NCBI GenBank assembly: GCA_010405405.1
Contig: MU004234.1
Location: forward strand, 1,391,275-1,455,274
Origin: Microthyrium microscopicum
Taxonomy: Eukaryota
Length of the DNA: 64,000 bases
Direction: 5' to 3'
How positions within the stretch are numbered: the stretch's first letter is position 1; the number at the start of each line of letters is the position of its first letter. A program made the translations under genes and the position numbers. Below, in pieces: positions 21,274 to 34,793 of this stretch. The notes below the pieces were generated by a model. That model saw only the letters and a list, made by a program, of their open reading frames with translations. It was not told the origin of the DNA and ran no database searches.

Positions 21274-23613
21274 GATGAATATATGAAATGATGGAGGCGA
21301 AGATTAGGGGAGTAGGGAGTTTTGTGGTTGTGAATGACGATCCTGGGACTGTTCTGAGACCAGTGACTGATGATGCTCGCGTGAGGTTAGAAGGGCAGTT
21401 GATCGACAGTTGGTGGTTCAATGTAAAACCAGGGCGGAGGAATGTTCAAATATTGGAGAAAATATTTGATGGTGGGGATAAAAATGGGCGCTCATATACT
21501 GATAGTAGTGGAAATGTTTTCCGTATCAAAGATTGTAGAGCTCTGGATATCACATGTAATTAAAGTATTGAAGCTGGGATTTTGATAGATGATTATCAAA
21601 CAGTCCTCTATCGACTATAGCTGCGAGTTTTGATGTGGGGAAATAAAGAGCATAGACTGATACAGCAGCAAGGCCAAAGAATATAATCTTGATTGTGTAA
21701 TGTAAGCAAGCACAAAGTAAGCAACTTTTGATGCAGTGCGAGTGCAGATAAAAAATATGAGGCGACGAACAGCAAGAGCGCTTGCGATGATGCACCAAAC
21801 AAGGGAAAGGCACTTTAAAGCATCTGACACTCGACCCTCTTTGCGAAATATGGTCGATGTGGCAGAACAAGGCAACAGTTATACCTCGGCGTATTCGGTC
21901 AGACTTGATAACATACAAGGCTTTGGTCCTGTGGTCCGGCAAACTAAAGACGAGCCATGGTGGATACGAAGATCGGATCTCTTATTTTTTCTCGGTCTAC
22001 CTTACCTAACATCATCTCAATCTCTTAAAGAAAGGTAACGGCTGATATGCCGTATTGGGTGACTTGCGACAACCACAACATTTAGTGCGATGCTAGATAT
22101 TGATGCTTTTCTCCCGTATTCAACAAATACCTAGAAATTTGATCAAACACACTGCATGGAATTAGAAATCCAGTATATCACTAACACTACCAAAGGTTGC
22201 ACGAATTCAACTTTCCAAAGTTTCAACGCTTTTTGACATATGCTGATGTTGAGCTTCCTTCAATGTTGATGCAATTGCATATCTGGTGTTGCATCCTTGT
22301 AGGTCAATATACGCCTCTAAATACTTATGCACATACAATGATACAAACCAATCTGGATGCGGGGATAAATGTTCTACCTCAACGAATTGCCCAGAGACTA
22401 GTCTCCTGGTAACGCCTAGATGCGTCACTCGTCACTCAACCCCACTGATGAACGACATCTGGGGGTGGAGTCTGGAGATCATGGATGCTGGGGGAATCGC
22501 GTTCGGGAGACAAATGCGGATAGCACGCGAGTCCCTGACTCCCTGTCGATGCTCTTTCTACGGCTTCCCAGGAGACTGGTTACGGTGGGCATATTGTCGA
22601 TAGATCCATGTCGTTTACAGATTATTTACACATGTTGAGTCCGCTATCTCTGCTGACCGCAATACCTGAAAAATCCTGGCATACCGTTGTGCCGTGGAAG
22701 TAAAAGCTTACAGATGTCTTTCCTGACTGTTGACATTTGCATACGGACCCGAGATATAGTGACGGCATGGTATGTGCCTTTTCTTAAGCCGGGTGAAATT
22801 GGACGCTGAGGATCTAGACCTTCAGCTTCATCAGACCGGCAATTTCCGTTTATGCTATCTCTTCCAATTTTGGTAAATTTGACTGGCAAGGATGCATTTT
22901 CTCTGATGTTGCACACTTCTTGAGATTGATATTAAACACGTGTTTGTACTCTGCCATGTGAACATCGGAAAGAAGAGAGAACTACCGGTAAAGACTAAGA
23001 CATTTTGATATCTTACTAACAACTAGTGCGCCAAATACACGGTACAGGCTTGGAGAAACATACTTTTAATATCAGTTGGAGTATTGCACAACATGAGGAA
23101 TCGGAAATTTGTACTTTGATCAGAGATGATGTGTAGAGCAGGGAAAATGTAAGGACGTTCGTTGCCGTGGCTTCTTTGGGTTGATGTTTGACCTTTTTAT
23201 GGAAGTAGCTTTGTACACATGAGCAAGTTTCGAATGAAATGAGCGAATAGGGCGATCTGGAAGCTTGAGCTGTTCTTCAATGTTTTTCTGGTTTTCCTGG
23301 ATAGGACAGGATGGAATTTCTCCTGTGCTCACAGCCTCACACAGCGTGACAGTGTTCATGTTTGAAGCAACCAACTTCTCAACAATGTTTTCTGGTAAAA
23401 CAACCTCAATCCAGACATCAAATGTAATTCTATGAAGAGCTTCAAATATGTAGGTAGAGTACATGAAATGAAGTTGCAATTCCCACAACATAAAAACGTG
23501 GCGCACCTTTCAAGCGGCAGCCACACCTGCACGCCTCAACATACTTTAAAAAATGGCAGGAGACAACTCCATCTCCAATGCGACACGCCCATTTACGGAC
23601 ATCCAAATTGAAA

Positions 23614-24521
23614 ATGCCAGTTAGTGATCACCAATTTTCCAACTACCTCCTCTAACAAATCAGCTTATAACCATAACCGGTTACCCGTGCTGTGGAAAAA
23701 GTCATCGCGCCACACAACTAGCCAGCTACCTCAAGGACCGCATCACCGCAACGCCAAACAGCAAGCTCACTGTCGAGCTAATATCCGACGACACTTTGAA
23801 CTTAAGTCGTGATGTCTACGGTGACGTGCGTGTCCGAGAAAAGGACGCCCGCGCAGCTCTCCTCAGTGCCGTCAAGCGAAGTCTATCGACTACGGCGATC
23901 ATAATTCTGGACAGTGGGAACTATATCAAGGGTTACCGGTATCAGCTATTCTGCGAGGCGAAGGCCTTGCGTACACCCAGCTGTGTGTTGCACGTAGGTG
24001 CTCGGGAGGATGTATGTCGCAGCAGGAATGAGGCTCGGATATCCAGCACAGATGAGAAGGCGTATGAGGAGGCCGTGTTCGATAATTTGATCGCGCGCTA
24101 CGAAGAGCCGAATGGAATGGCGCGTTGGGATGCGCCGCTCTTCATCGTGGTAGACGAAGATGAGAACGTACCTGGTGAACAGATATGGAACGCTTTGGAG
24201 GGCACAGTGGTGAAGAGCCACGCGGCAACTGTCATAACTCCAGCAAAGGAAGGGAATTACCTGCATGAACTAGATCGCGGGACGACGGAAATAGTGAGCC
24301 GGATACAAGAGTGGCAGAAAGACCATCCAGAAGGAGGAGGTTCTGTGTCTATTGAAGGCATAGATGACGCGGTGGAGCTGCCAATGGGGTTGGTGAGTGT
24401 GGGAACATTGCAGCGGATACGGAGGCAATTTGTGAGCTTGAATCGGGTACATTCGCTGGAGAAGAGTAGGGTGAGGGCGCTGTTTGTCGATTATTTGAAT
24501 GATTCGTTTCACGGGAGTTGA
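23614..24521 (+). CDS. KTI12: Elongator-associated chromatin protein Kti12 (P-loop)
   Basis: ATG CCA, intron 23620-23663, then LITITGYPCCGKS; NYIKGYRYQLFCEAK, RYEEPNGMARWD, LQRIRRQF. Confidence 0.95.
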
Positions 24522-24639
24522 AAGGAAAGAATGATACCCCTGGGATGGAGAATATTGATCTGTATGATATGTTACAATTGTCGTCATTAGACTGGATATA
24601 CTAATGACATGATACCCTCGAAAGAAGCCTGTGCCTGGC

Positions 24640-25870
24640 CTATTTCTCTTGTCCTCCTGTGCTGATTTCTTCATTTTCATCCGCGGTATACGACCGAATG
24701 ACTTCCAAAGCTTCTTGATCTGCTGCTTCCTGGATGGCTTTTGTTTCTGCGACCGCCGCGCTCATCAACTCTTCATCCTTTGCTGCAATCTCTCTTGCCT
24801 TTGCGACATCAACTCTCGGTACCAAATCCGATTGATGTGTGTATAAAAACTCTTCTAGAGCAGCTCGTTCTATAACAATTCTTTTTCCCTCCAACAACAT
24901 CTTAACGTCTACATCTACTGAGTATTTCACGCGGTCGTTTGCAAACCATCGTCTCATTGATTCCATAAATGGGCCTGAGACTTGTTAGCGCGAAGATAGA
25001 CATAGATGCGCAATGTTTTACCTTTTTTGGTATCGCCTCGCGATATAATCCATAATGTTGTCCCAGTTTTTTTATGTTCCACTCCCGACGGCCCAGAATA
25101 GCCAGCGCCATTGAAAAGTTCGACTTGTTTAGCTGTCTCCAACGCAGTCATATTCTTCATACTGCTGCGATATATCTTGTCCACAATGACCAGTTCTCCC
25201 TTTCGATATCGATGACTTAACGCCATCCGCCACGCTTGATCGTATATCTTGCGCGGTAATTTCGTCGCAACGCTCTCCGGGCCACGTCGTTTTGGGCCAA
25301 ATGCCTTGACACCGCCTTTGAGCATGGGACTACTCGAGTCACCCAGACGGGCGCGACCAGTTCCCTTCTGCGGACGTAGCTTCCTACCAGATCCTGGGTG
25401 CTGGTCGCGCCAGATTGTGTATGCTGTGCCTTGCCGTTCATTGTCGCCCTCAAAGACAATGGCTCGATGTATGATGTCGCGACGGAGAGGGAGGTAGAGA
25501 TGGGTGGCTGGGTAATGTAAGAGTTCTTGAGGTTGGTAGGTTGGAAAATTGTACAGAGTTACTAGAACATCGGGGTTCTTGAGATGGGTAGGTATCGTGG
25601 AGGTTTGTTTGAGGAATTTAGGCGCTTCTTTGACAACGGTCAACGGTGGTAACGCCTGGTAGATGGAAGGATCTGGGTATTTAGCTGGAATTGGGGTATT
25701 TGTCGACCCGGCGCGATTGGTGGTATAAATCTGATGTCAATTAGTTGGCTGAGGTTTAAAAGGAGTGTTTTTGATTTGCATACTGGATCGAATTGACATC
25801 TCCTACGGCCATTGGGTAGTACCAAGCGACATATAAGCCGATCAGGCCGTGCTATTCGCCTTATTGACAT
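24640..25870 (-). CDS. YML6: Mitochondrial large-subunit ribosomal protein uL4m (YmL6)
   Basis: L4 motifs RQGTA..GSGRKLRPQKGTGRARLGD..SPML.GG..FGP. Introns 25731-25783 and 24975-25021 join the ORFs in phase. Confidence 0.93.
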
Positions 25871-26102
25871 TGTTGAGGTTGTGTGATAGAAAGGAAAGGG
25901 ATTTTGAAGAAGGTTTGCGAATTCAAGCATTGGAAAAGATCGCGAGGCCTCCACCAATGGTCCGAGCTTCATGTTCAGTCCCAAAACTTTTTATGGCGCG
26001 CAATTCGCGGTTCTACATCTCGTGAATGGCCACTCACCTTGGCAACAATTATAACTAACTTCTTAGTTGAAGTAAGAGATCGCAACCTCAATTCATCAAT
26101 CT

Positions 26103-27719
26103 ATGGCCGCTCGCCTTTCCAGCGCAAGAGCGCTTTCACACTCTTCATCATGTATAAGGCCTTCCAGGACGTCGCGGCAAATACCCCTTACAGTTCGCCA
26201 ATTCTCTCTATCTGCCCAGGCACAGGCGGAACTTCAAGAAGAAACACCCGTAGATGCAGCCTTTCAGCAGAAACCAATCGGTATTCGCCAACGGCGGCGA
26301 ATGGCAGCGCTGGCATCATCGCCCGGGATCTCATTCGAACAACTACCATATCAATGCTTTCAAGAAGCCCGCAGAGTCCTTGCTGAAGCCCGAGAAGAAG
26401 TTGTCGGCAATGTGCAAAAAATGCAGGCGCGCATAGACAGACTAACCGCACTGCCACTTGATACCGAAGACGGCTTTGCTGTCAACTCAAGAAACGTTAC
26501 GTTAAGGACAATGCAAAAGACTCTGGATGACTTGAAGGTCGACGCGGACATTCACAATCCGGTAGTAAAGAAGCGGTTCGAGGATGGGCTAGGTAAGAAT
26601 CTATACCAACAAGCACATTGAATCAATGCTGATCGATCTCTAGGAGATATGAATAAACCCATCTACCGACATCTTGCCGACAAGAAATGGCGAGAATATA
26701 AGCGCAAGCTTACGATGCAACGTATCGAAACTATGAGCGTAGTTCCCGACGTCCTTCCGCAAATCGATCCTATCGTGTCGTTAGATCTTGGCTTTTCCGG
26801 GCACAAAGTACAACCTGGCGAGTTCGTCTCTTCGATACGGAGCCAGTTCCCTCCAAGTCTCTCTGTTCAAGTCTTTGACGGCGGAGAACGTCTCGTAACA
26901 GTAGTCGTCGTTGACTCAGATGTACCTGATATCGCCAATGACAGCTTCACTACAAGATGCCACGGACTCTACGTCAATGTTCCAATCTCACCTTCCAATG
27001 GCCGCATAAATCTAACAAATATACCCTTACCAGATGTTAAAAAGCCCGTTGATAAGCCTGCTAGAAAACTTGCTGCAGACAAATCTACAAAGATGGAAAA
27101 GGTTTCAAAGAGGGCAGCCCACTCCCCGTCCGTTACTGGTCTAGAAAGACGCACATCTGAAATAGCCAGATCTATCAAGGGGCCCCGAAAGGAGACAGCC
27201 AAACCGACGCATGTGCCTGGTCTACCATCCATCACAGCCTCACCTCCAACGTCGCGAAAATTTTCGACCAGTGCACTCCTAAGAGCGGCCGGGGAGCCCA
27301 CAAGCCACAGCGGGGTCGCAGTTGCGACTTCAAGCACTATGCAATCAAATACCGCCGAATTCCTCACTAACGGCACAACAGTCTATTCTTGGCTCCCACC
27401 CACAGCCCACAAAGGTGGCAAATACCATCGCTTATCTGTCTGGGTCCTTGAGCAACCCTCTACTAAGGAGAACCACAAAATTATGCTGGACTCAGAGCGT
27501 CTATCTAAAATCACATCCCGCCAAGGCTTCAGCATGCGGAACTTCATTTCCGCTACGGCCTGTAAACCGGTTGGTGTGACCATGTTTCGCACCCAGTGGG
27601 ATGAAGGTATGCAAACTGTCATGGAGAGATATGATCCAGAAGGTCTGAAGGTCATGCTGAGAAGGGCACCGGCACTAAAAGGACGCCCGGTCAAACGCGA
27701 TGTTAAGAGGTTGAGGTAA
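26103..27719 (+). CDS. MRPL35: Mitochondrial large-subunit ribosomal protein mL38 (YmL35, PEBP family) with a long internal insertion
   Basis: EQLPYQCFQEAR, NPVVKKRFEDG|GDMNKPIYRHLA, VVPDVLP, DSDVPD, WLPP.AHKG..YHRL, FRTQWDE; intron 26593-26643. Confidence 0.93.
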
Positions 27720-27739
27720 GGAGAAGAGCTGTTGGAAGG

Positions 27740-27766
27740 TGTAAAATATTGTAGATATGTATACTA
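27740..27766 (+). promoter_or_regulatory. Three adjacent Puf-type 3' UTR elements (UGUAAAAUA, UGUAGAUA, UGUAUACUA)
   Basis: About 20 nt after the mL38 stop; they match the UGUA-N(2-3)-UA Puf3/Puf4 consensus typical of mitoribosomal mRNAs. Confidence 0.6.
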
Positions 27767-28805
27767 TCTCTGTTCCTAGCATTGCCTTCGTGGCCAAAAC
27801 TATTCCCAACACTTCAACTCATCAGAGAACTTGTTGACAGCATGACCACGGCACTCAAATATCTTAGAATATCATATTGGCGCGCTTCAAGTAATCTGGA
27901 ATCGCATTGACTGCCTAGGGAGTGCTGACGTCTCAATACGAGACTGCTGGCACGTGGGAATATATTCATCCCCGTTGCGGTATTCATGCTGGCTATTCAT
28001 CCACTTCATAATACCTTTTTGGGCTTCAGCTTCGTCACATCTTTCCACGACCATTGAGATATATTCTTACGGTGGTAGGACAATTTGACATCTGCCCGCC
28101 GCTTTGTGGGAAAGAGCTGTACAGGTTTAATCATACCGAATTTTGAACAACCTTATAACAGTATTGAAGACAGACTCAGATACTTCACAGGCGACAGAAA
28201 ACGCTGTTTCATTGCACGGGAAGACTTACAGGCGTAAGTGATGGAGGTAGACCGAAAATTCTGTCATATAGCATCTCAACAGTTTTCGTAGAACTCTTAA
28301 CATACCCCGACCATGTGAACTCTTTCTTCTCGAAGCAGAAGGTCCGTTGTAAACTTCATAACGATATTACACTCTTCTAGTATATGTGAGCGTGCAGTGT
28401 CGAAACTTGAAGCTGCTTTCTGAGCGCGGCACATGAATTGCTCTAATTGTTGATCCTTTTTCTCAACCGCAGTCAAGGCTATCATGGTAGAGAATTTGAG
28501 GCTACATAATGAAAGCAACAACTTATTTACTTCGTATGCCCACGAAGTATAAAACGACCTGTCTGGTATGTTGAGAATGATCAGTAGTTGAAGTTGGACG
28601 ATCGAGGAAACTGCACCAAGCCACAACTAGCCTAGCGCGTCCAGAGCAAGTTGGTTGCTATGCTATGGACATCCTTGTCTGCAGCTGTTTACATCAATCT
28701 CAGATCTTGATACTGTTTGTGTAACCACCCTTCATCATCAATTCTTTACAAATAATACTGCATTCCGCACAAAATTTACCGTGGCCGACCTTGCGCACTC
28801 CTCCT

Positions 28806-31305
28806 ATGCCCAATAACGAGCGGAGACGCTCACGCGATCCCTCCGCCGACCCTGAGGGCGAGCGCGCGCGCCGTCCCAGACGACCTAGCGATTTACAACG
28901 CCGAAAAGGTCATCGAGCGACCGATAGTCAGGGAGAACTACTTCCCAAAGCTCGTTACCGATCAGAAAGCCGTAGTGGCGGTACCTCATCAACTCCCCGC
29001 CGCAGTCGACGTGATGACTCTAGCAGTGGGGAGCCACTTAGCCTAGACAAGTTGGCAAGACTCGACGCGGTGAACGCCAAGCAAGAAAAGAAACGTGGAT
29101 GGCAATCATACGATGAAGCATATCTGGCTGAAGTGAGAGAGCGCGAGGCGCAAATGGAGGAAGACCGAAGAAAGGAAGAACGACGCCTTAGAAAGGCAGA
29201 GGCTCGAGAACGCACTCGGAGAGAGGAGCAGGAAGATGAGGAGGAGCGTTTGCGCGCGGAGGCTAAAGAACGGCGGAGAGAAGAGAGGAGGAAACGACGT
29301 GATAGTGAACGAGTAGTGGAAGAAGAGAAAGGCCGACAAGCAAGAATCGACGAACTGAAAAAAAGTCGACGGCCAAAAGAAGTGGTTGATGCTAGTCCGA
29401 AAACCCCCGGCCGCGTGCACGAAGACTGGCGGCGGAAGCAGAGCAAATATCAGAAGCTGGAAGATCGAGGCACACCCGAACCTGAAGAACGACTCGAAAA
29501 GACTAAGAAACACAAGAAGAGCCGTATAATCAGTGGACCATACGTTGAAGACGGAAGAGCGGAGAAGGTCTACAAATACGAAAAGAGTCAATCCCGCAAG
29601 AACAATCACGATGTGGCAGCAAGAAGGGCTAAAATAAAGAAATGGGCCAGTAAGTGGGCAAGATCCTCAGCTGTGAAAAGATCTAACCATTTGCATAGTA
29701 ATCGCGGCCGTAGTCCTCCTTTTGATATTGATTATCGCAATACCTGCCGCCGTGGTTGCCAACAAGAAGAAAAATGCGCCAGTTCAAAGCGCTGCAGTAG
29801 CAAGCACAGGTAGGCCATCGAACAGCAATCTGAATGGAATTTCTCAAGACAGCATACCAGCATCAGCAAAAGGAGGATACCTTGATCCATTCACTTGGTA
29901 CGATACCATAGATTTCAACGTCACATATACCAATGATACGATTGGAGGCTTACCTCTCATGGGCCTGAACTCCACTTGGGACGATAGTGTAGCGCCCAAT
30001 TCAGGTGTTCCAGCATTGAAAGACTCGTTCGCATATGGAAGTATGCCGATCCGAGGAATGAGCTTGGGTGGATGGCTTTCTATAGAGCCTTTCATAACGC
30101 CATCCTTCTTCCAGAAATACAACCAACGAGACCTAATCATTGATGAATGGACCTTGACCACGAAATTGGGAACCCAGGCGGCCCCAACTTTGGAAGCACA
30201 CTATTCTGCTTTTATCAACAAACAGGCATTTGCAGATATAAGAGCGGCAGGCTTTGATCACGTCCGTATCCCATTCTCGTACTGGGCCGTGACAACTTAC
30301 TCTGGAGATCCATATGTCGCCAAGATTTCCTGGAGATACCTTTTAAGAGGTATTGAGTACGCTCGTCAAAATGGACTTCGTGTCAATCTCGACTTGCATG
30401 CTGTACCTGGGAGCCAAAATGGCTGGAACCACAGTGGCAGACAAGGATCCATTGGCTGGCTTAACGGAACTGATGGTGACCTAAACGCTCAGCGCACACT
30501 TGACATACACAACCAACTTACCGCATTCTTCGCCCAACCACGCTACACCAACATCATCACCTTGTATGGCCTCGTCAATGAACCACGCATGGTCTTTCTC
30601 GACACCACCAAGGTGACCGACTGGATCAACAAAGCCGTGGCCATCGCACGCGGCAACAAGATGAAAGCCACCATCGTTTTCGGTGATGGATTTCTCGGAC
30701 TCGACAATTGGAAAGGCAAGCTACAGACGGATAGCAACATGCTTTTGGACGTCCACCAATATGTCATCTTCAACAACGCACAGATCGTGCTCAAACATAC
30801 CGACAAGCTGAACTTCGCCTGTAAAGGCTGGACCGCCCAAATGACCGCTTCTCAAAACAAAGCCACAGGTTTTGGTCCAACCATGTGCGGCGAGTGGTCA
30901 CAGGCCGACACAGATTGCGCACAATACATCAACGACGTATTCACGGGGTCTCGATGGGAAGGCACTTTGAATGTCCCACCGTCAAGTACTGGCGCCACAG
31001 CTGTACTGACACCACAATGTCCGACCAAGAGCAGTTGCGAGTGTAGCGATGCCAATGCAGATCCATCCAAATATTCGGCAGCGTACAAACAGTGGTTATT
31101 GTATTTTGCGCTTGCGCAAATGGATAGCTTTGAACAAGGTTGGGGTTGGTTCTACTGGACGTGGATAACAGAGAATGCGCCTCAATGGAGCTGGAAACTA
31201 GGGATGCAAGCTGGTATATTACCAAAGACGGTACAGGATCGCTCATTCACTTGCAATAGTTCCATCCCCGACTTTGGTGGTATGGGTTTGTCAGAGAGTT
31301 ACTAA
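28806..31305 (+). CDS. exgD: Membrane-anchored GH5 glucan 1,3-beta-glucosidase D
   Basis: Charged cytosolic N-terminus; intron 29650-29698; TM helix; GGWLSIEPFITPS, DHVRIP, DLHAVPGSQNGWNHSG, catalytic NEP and GEWS. Confidence 0.92.
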
Positions 31306-31764
31306 TTGATGCGAAAAAGTACATACGGGACGCTAATGTTGTTGATGGAGTTTTTGTCTTTATTGCTCTGCATAGCCTGGTTTATAGATCGCATAGCATA
31401 GCGGTTTGTTGATTTAGATCTTGAAAGCATATAACCTGGATCATGTTAAATTCCATGGCCAATGAACAGTTTTTGGTCCATTAAATATTTCTAGATTCTA
31501 AAGTCGCGACTTTGAAGTGTTGCAGGAACCGCTTTTCCGAGCACTTTCATCACTCATATTCATCCTTTCTCTTTGCAACTTCACTTCGAAAAATCCCTTT
31601 CTTGTTTTTTATCTTCCTTTTCAAAGCCGGCTAAAAGTGTTTTAGTTCTAAGACGGCGAGACGCAACTGCAAGTTCAGCATCTTCTCTCGGTTCTGCCGA
31701 AGACGTGTATCAAGCCGATCTCCCTGGAATCCATATCAAACTCATTAGATCATCTCTTGCAACA

Positions 31765-32821
31765 ATGTCAGTCGCGACTCGCAGTCCCACAGTGAACTGG
31801 TGCCCACCAATCCACCACACGCCTACCGGACCAACAGATCCAACTACAACAACTCTCCCAAGGCCCTTCATCGCCGTAGTCATAGGATCATCCCGAGGAA
31901 TCGGTCGCTCCACCGCTATAGCCTACGCCCAGGCTGGTGCTTCTGGCATCGTACTAACCGGACGCTCTCGTGACTCTCTCGATCTTGCGGTATCCGACGT
32001 CAAAGCAGCCGCCAAGTGTAGTAAAGTGACAGTCAAAGGCATCATATGCGACGTCTGTGATGAGCCAAGTCTCGCCAAACTAGCTGAAGAAGTAAAGGAA
32101 AGTTTTGGCGCAATCGACGCGCTGGTCATAAATTCCGGCGTCGCAACGAAACCAGTGGATCGACCAGATGAAAGTGCTGACTGGCCTAAGGATTTACATG
32201 AGTTGGATTTTGGTGATTTTCAACGGACATTTGATGTCAACTTCTTTGGAGTTGTGGTTTGCATGAAGGCTCTTCTGCCTCTTGTAGAAGCTGCAGGAGC
32301 AAAGTCCAGAACTCAGGAAAGGAAGAGTCCACAAGCAGTGATTGTCGTAACGTCAAGTTCAATCCATCATTATGATCCGAAACTTATGGCGATGGGCTAT
32401 TCGCTTTCCAAGTATACGGCTGCGAGGATGACGGAGTATGTGCATGAGGCGCATAAGGATAGGGGCGTTTGTGCTTATGCGATACAACCTGGGAGTGTTA
32501 TGACTGGTTAGTCCCCTTCCCTATCTTCAACTAACGAATGACTGATTGGGGTAGATATGGGCAAGAATGATCTACCTAAAGGCAAGGGATGGGAGAAAAG
32601 TGAGTTCCAGACTATATCAAAATATTGTGTCTTCTAATGTTACTCCAGTCCTCATTGACGATGTTGGCCTTGGTGGTGGATTTTGCGTTTGGTTGACTAA
32701 AGAAAGACGGGAATGGTTATCTGGAAGATGGTTGGATGCTAGATGGGATGTTGAGGAGCTGCAGAGAAGAAAGAGCGATATTGAAGCGAACGATCTGCTC
32801 AAGTTTAGGATGCTAGTTTGA
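31765..32821 (+). CDS. Short-chain dehydrogenase/reductase (classical SDR)
   Basis: GSSRGIG, NSG, YSLSK (YxxxK), IQPGSV; introns 32507-32554 and 32600-32648; C-terminal EWLSGRW..RWDV.EL. Confidence 0.92.
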
Positions 32822-32951
32822 GGGAACTTTCTAACATACCAAGGAGGCTATTCGGTCCTTGTCCTTCCCGGTACAAAAATGTAATGTATCGATCTGTATT
32901 GAATGTAGAAAAGTATTCACAGTGAAAGATCCATCAATTGCCATGATCTCC

Positions 32952-34475
32952 TCAAAACTTCGGCGCCCTCCTCCCCTTCGTTAGCGCCTCTACCCCAAAT
33001 GCCAACTCCAAGAGTGTCTGTTCCTGGTATAGAACCCCTAACAACTCAAGGCCAACCGGCAGTCCTTCATCAGTGAAACCAACAGGAATCGATATCGCAG
33101 GAAACCTCAACTGACTCCCAACAATCGTGTTACTCGGAAAATCATCCTCAAACCGGGTACCCACTACGTCACTAACCAACGGCGCCGGAATCTTGACGCT
33201 GGGAAACGCTATCGCATCCAGCTTGTTCTCCGTCATAATGCCAATGACCAGCCTCTGAAACTCCGCATGTTCTTCGATGCGCTGCGCATACATCGGGTCA
33301 TCGAAGGGAGACTCAAAAGACGTGGAAAGTTTCCGGAACAAAGCGAGGGAAGGGTGGTATGAGTTTGAGGCGGCGATACTTTGGACGCTGGTTTTAAGCG
33401 CCGGGCGTGTTTGGAGAAAGTTGTTGATGTCGAAGCGAGAGCGTGACATGTAAATGTTTGTTATGGCGACGTAGTGATCGAGCTTAGGAATTACAATGTC
33501 GATCAGAGTTGTGCCAGTGCCCGATATCTTTTCCAAGGCATTTCGGATGACTTTGTTGACTGCTGCGCATTCTGAACTCGCCTCATCGCCAAAAACGGAA
33601 TTGAGAACACCAATCCGAGCTTTCGGTAAATATTCTGTGGAAAGATTTGCTGCGTAGCTACCTCCTCTTGGCTGGCCGGCCAAAGCTATTGAGGCGGTAT
33701 ATGGGTCTAGTGGATCGTAGCCGACGAGTACGTCGAGCATTAGTGCTGCGTCTTTGACTGTTCTTGTCATTGGGCCGGGCGTATCCTGGAACTTAACGAG
33801 AGGACTCAAGCCCGTCCTGGAGACAAGGCCAACTGTGGGACGGAGACCGACGAGGTTGCAAAACGAGGCTGGCACTCTGATGGATCCGCCAGTGTCTTCG
33901 CCTACTCCAATGAGGCCGTAATTGGCGGCAATAGCAGCACCGCTTCCTGCGCTAGAACCTCCGGTTTCTCTGGTGATGTCGTAGGGACATAATGTAACTC
34001 CGCTGACTGAAGATGCAGAGCTGAAAGACGCAGCGAAATCTGTAATTCTTAGCATAATGTGAGAAGTTGAACTGAGGTTGAGGAGCGTACCTGGCATGGT
34101 ACTCTTCGCCAATACCACTGCTCCTGCATCCTTCAGTTTTTTGACAAGAGTTGCATCTGTAGTTGGAACATGCTTGCAGGTGATATTCCCATAGGTTGTC
34201 TCGATTCCAATAGTGTCACACTGGTCTTTGACAATGACAGGAATGCCATGTAGTGGTCCCACAAACTCCCCAGATGCCTTTAATTTCCCATCAAGAGCAT
34301 CAGCTTCGTCAAGAGCAAATACCGAAACAGCAGTGATGGCGTTGAGTTTTGGTCCATTCTTATCTAACAATTCGATACGCTCGAGGTAAGCTTCCACCAG
34401 TTGTCGACACGTAAATGTCCCATTTTTGTAAGCTGAGTGGACCTGATCTATAGTGAGTTCGTCGATTTCAACCAT
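32952..34475 (-). CDS. Amidase-signature family enzyme
   Basis: GPLHGIPVIVKD, GGSSAGSG, GEDTGGSIRVPAS (Ser-cisSer-Lys triad), GLPVGLE; in-frame intron 34040-34090. Confidence 0.95.
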   Translation of the reverse strand: MVEIDELTIDQVHSAYKNGTFTCRQLVEAYLERIELLDKNGPKLNAITAVSVFALDEADALDGKLKASGEFVGPLHGIPVIVKDQCDTIGIETTYGNITCKHVPTTDATLVKKLKDAGAVVLAKSTMPGTLLNLSSTSHIMLRITDFAASFSSASSVSGVTLCPYDITRETGGSSAGSGAAIAANYGLIGVGEDTGGSIRVPASFCNLVGLRPTVGLVSRTGLSPLVKFQDTPGPMTRTVKDAALMLDVLVGYDPLDPYTASIALAGQPRGGSYAANLSTEYLPKARIGVLNSVFGDEASSECAAVNKVIRNALEKISGTGTTLIDIVIPKLDHYVAITNIYMSRSRFDINNFLQTRPALKTSVQSIAASNSYHPSLALFRKLSTSFESPFDDPMYAQRIEEHAEFQRLVIGIMTENKLDAIAFPSVKIPAPLVSDVVGTRFEDDFPSNTIVGSQLRFPAISIPVGFTDEGLPVGLELLGVLYQEQTLLELAFGVEALTKGRRAPKF

Positions 34476-34793
34476 GATCACTGTAGAATCGAGTACTTGG
34501 TTTAATATCGACATGAAGCTCGAAATTTATATGTCGTTAGAGCTTATCTCCATATCCTGCCCGCGGCCGTAGGGGCGGTAGGCATAACTCGACGGGGGTA
34601 TCTAGGGTGGAGCTTCCTACAAAGTATTATCTAGTCCAATACGCCGATCTCGCTAGCTGCCGAGAGCTAGAATTGTTCTCTTTTCTAGCTTCCATTTGTT
34701 GGATGGTGGATGTTTCTAAGCAACCTTTTGATTGCTGGGCCGTATCTGAACTTCACTTCCTGGTGATTTGAAGCAAATATGATTGCACAAATA

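Noticed and set aside
21300..23510. Multiple 60-130 aa ORFs in a long intergenic region
   Set aside because: No recognisable motifs, splice structure or coding-like composition.
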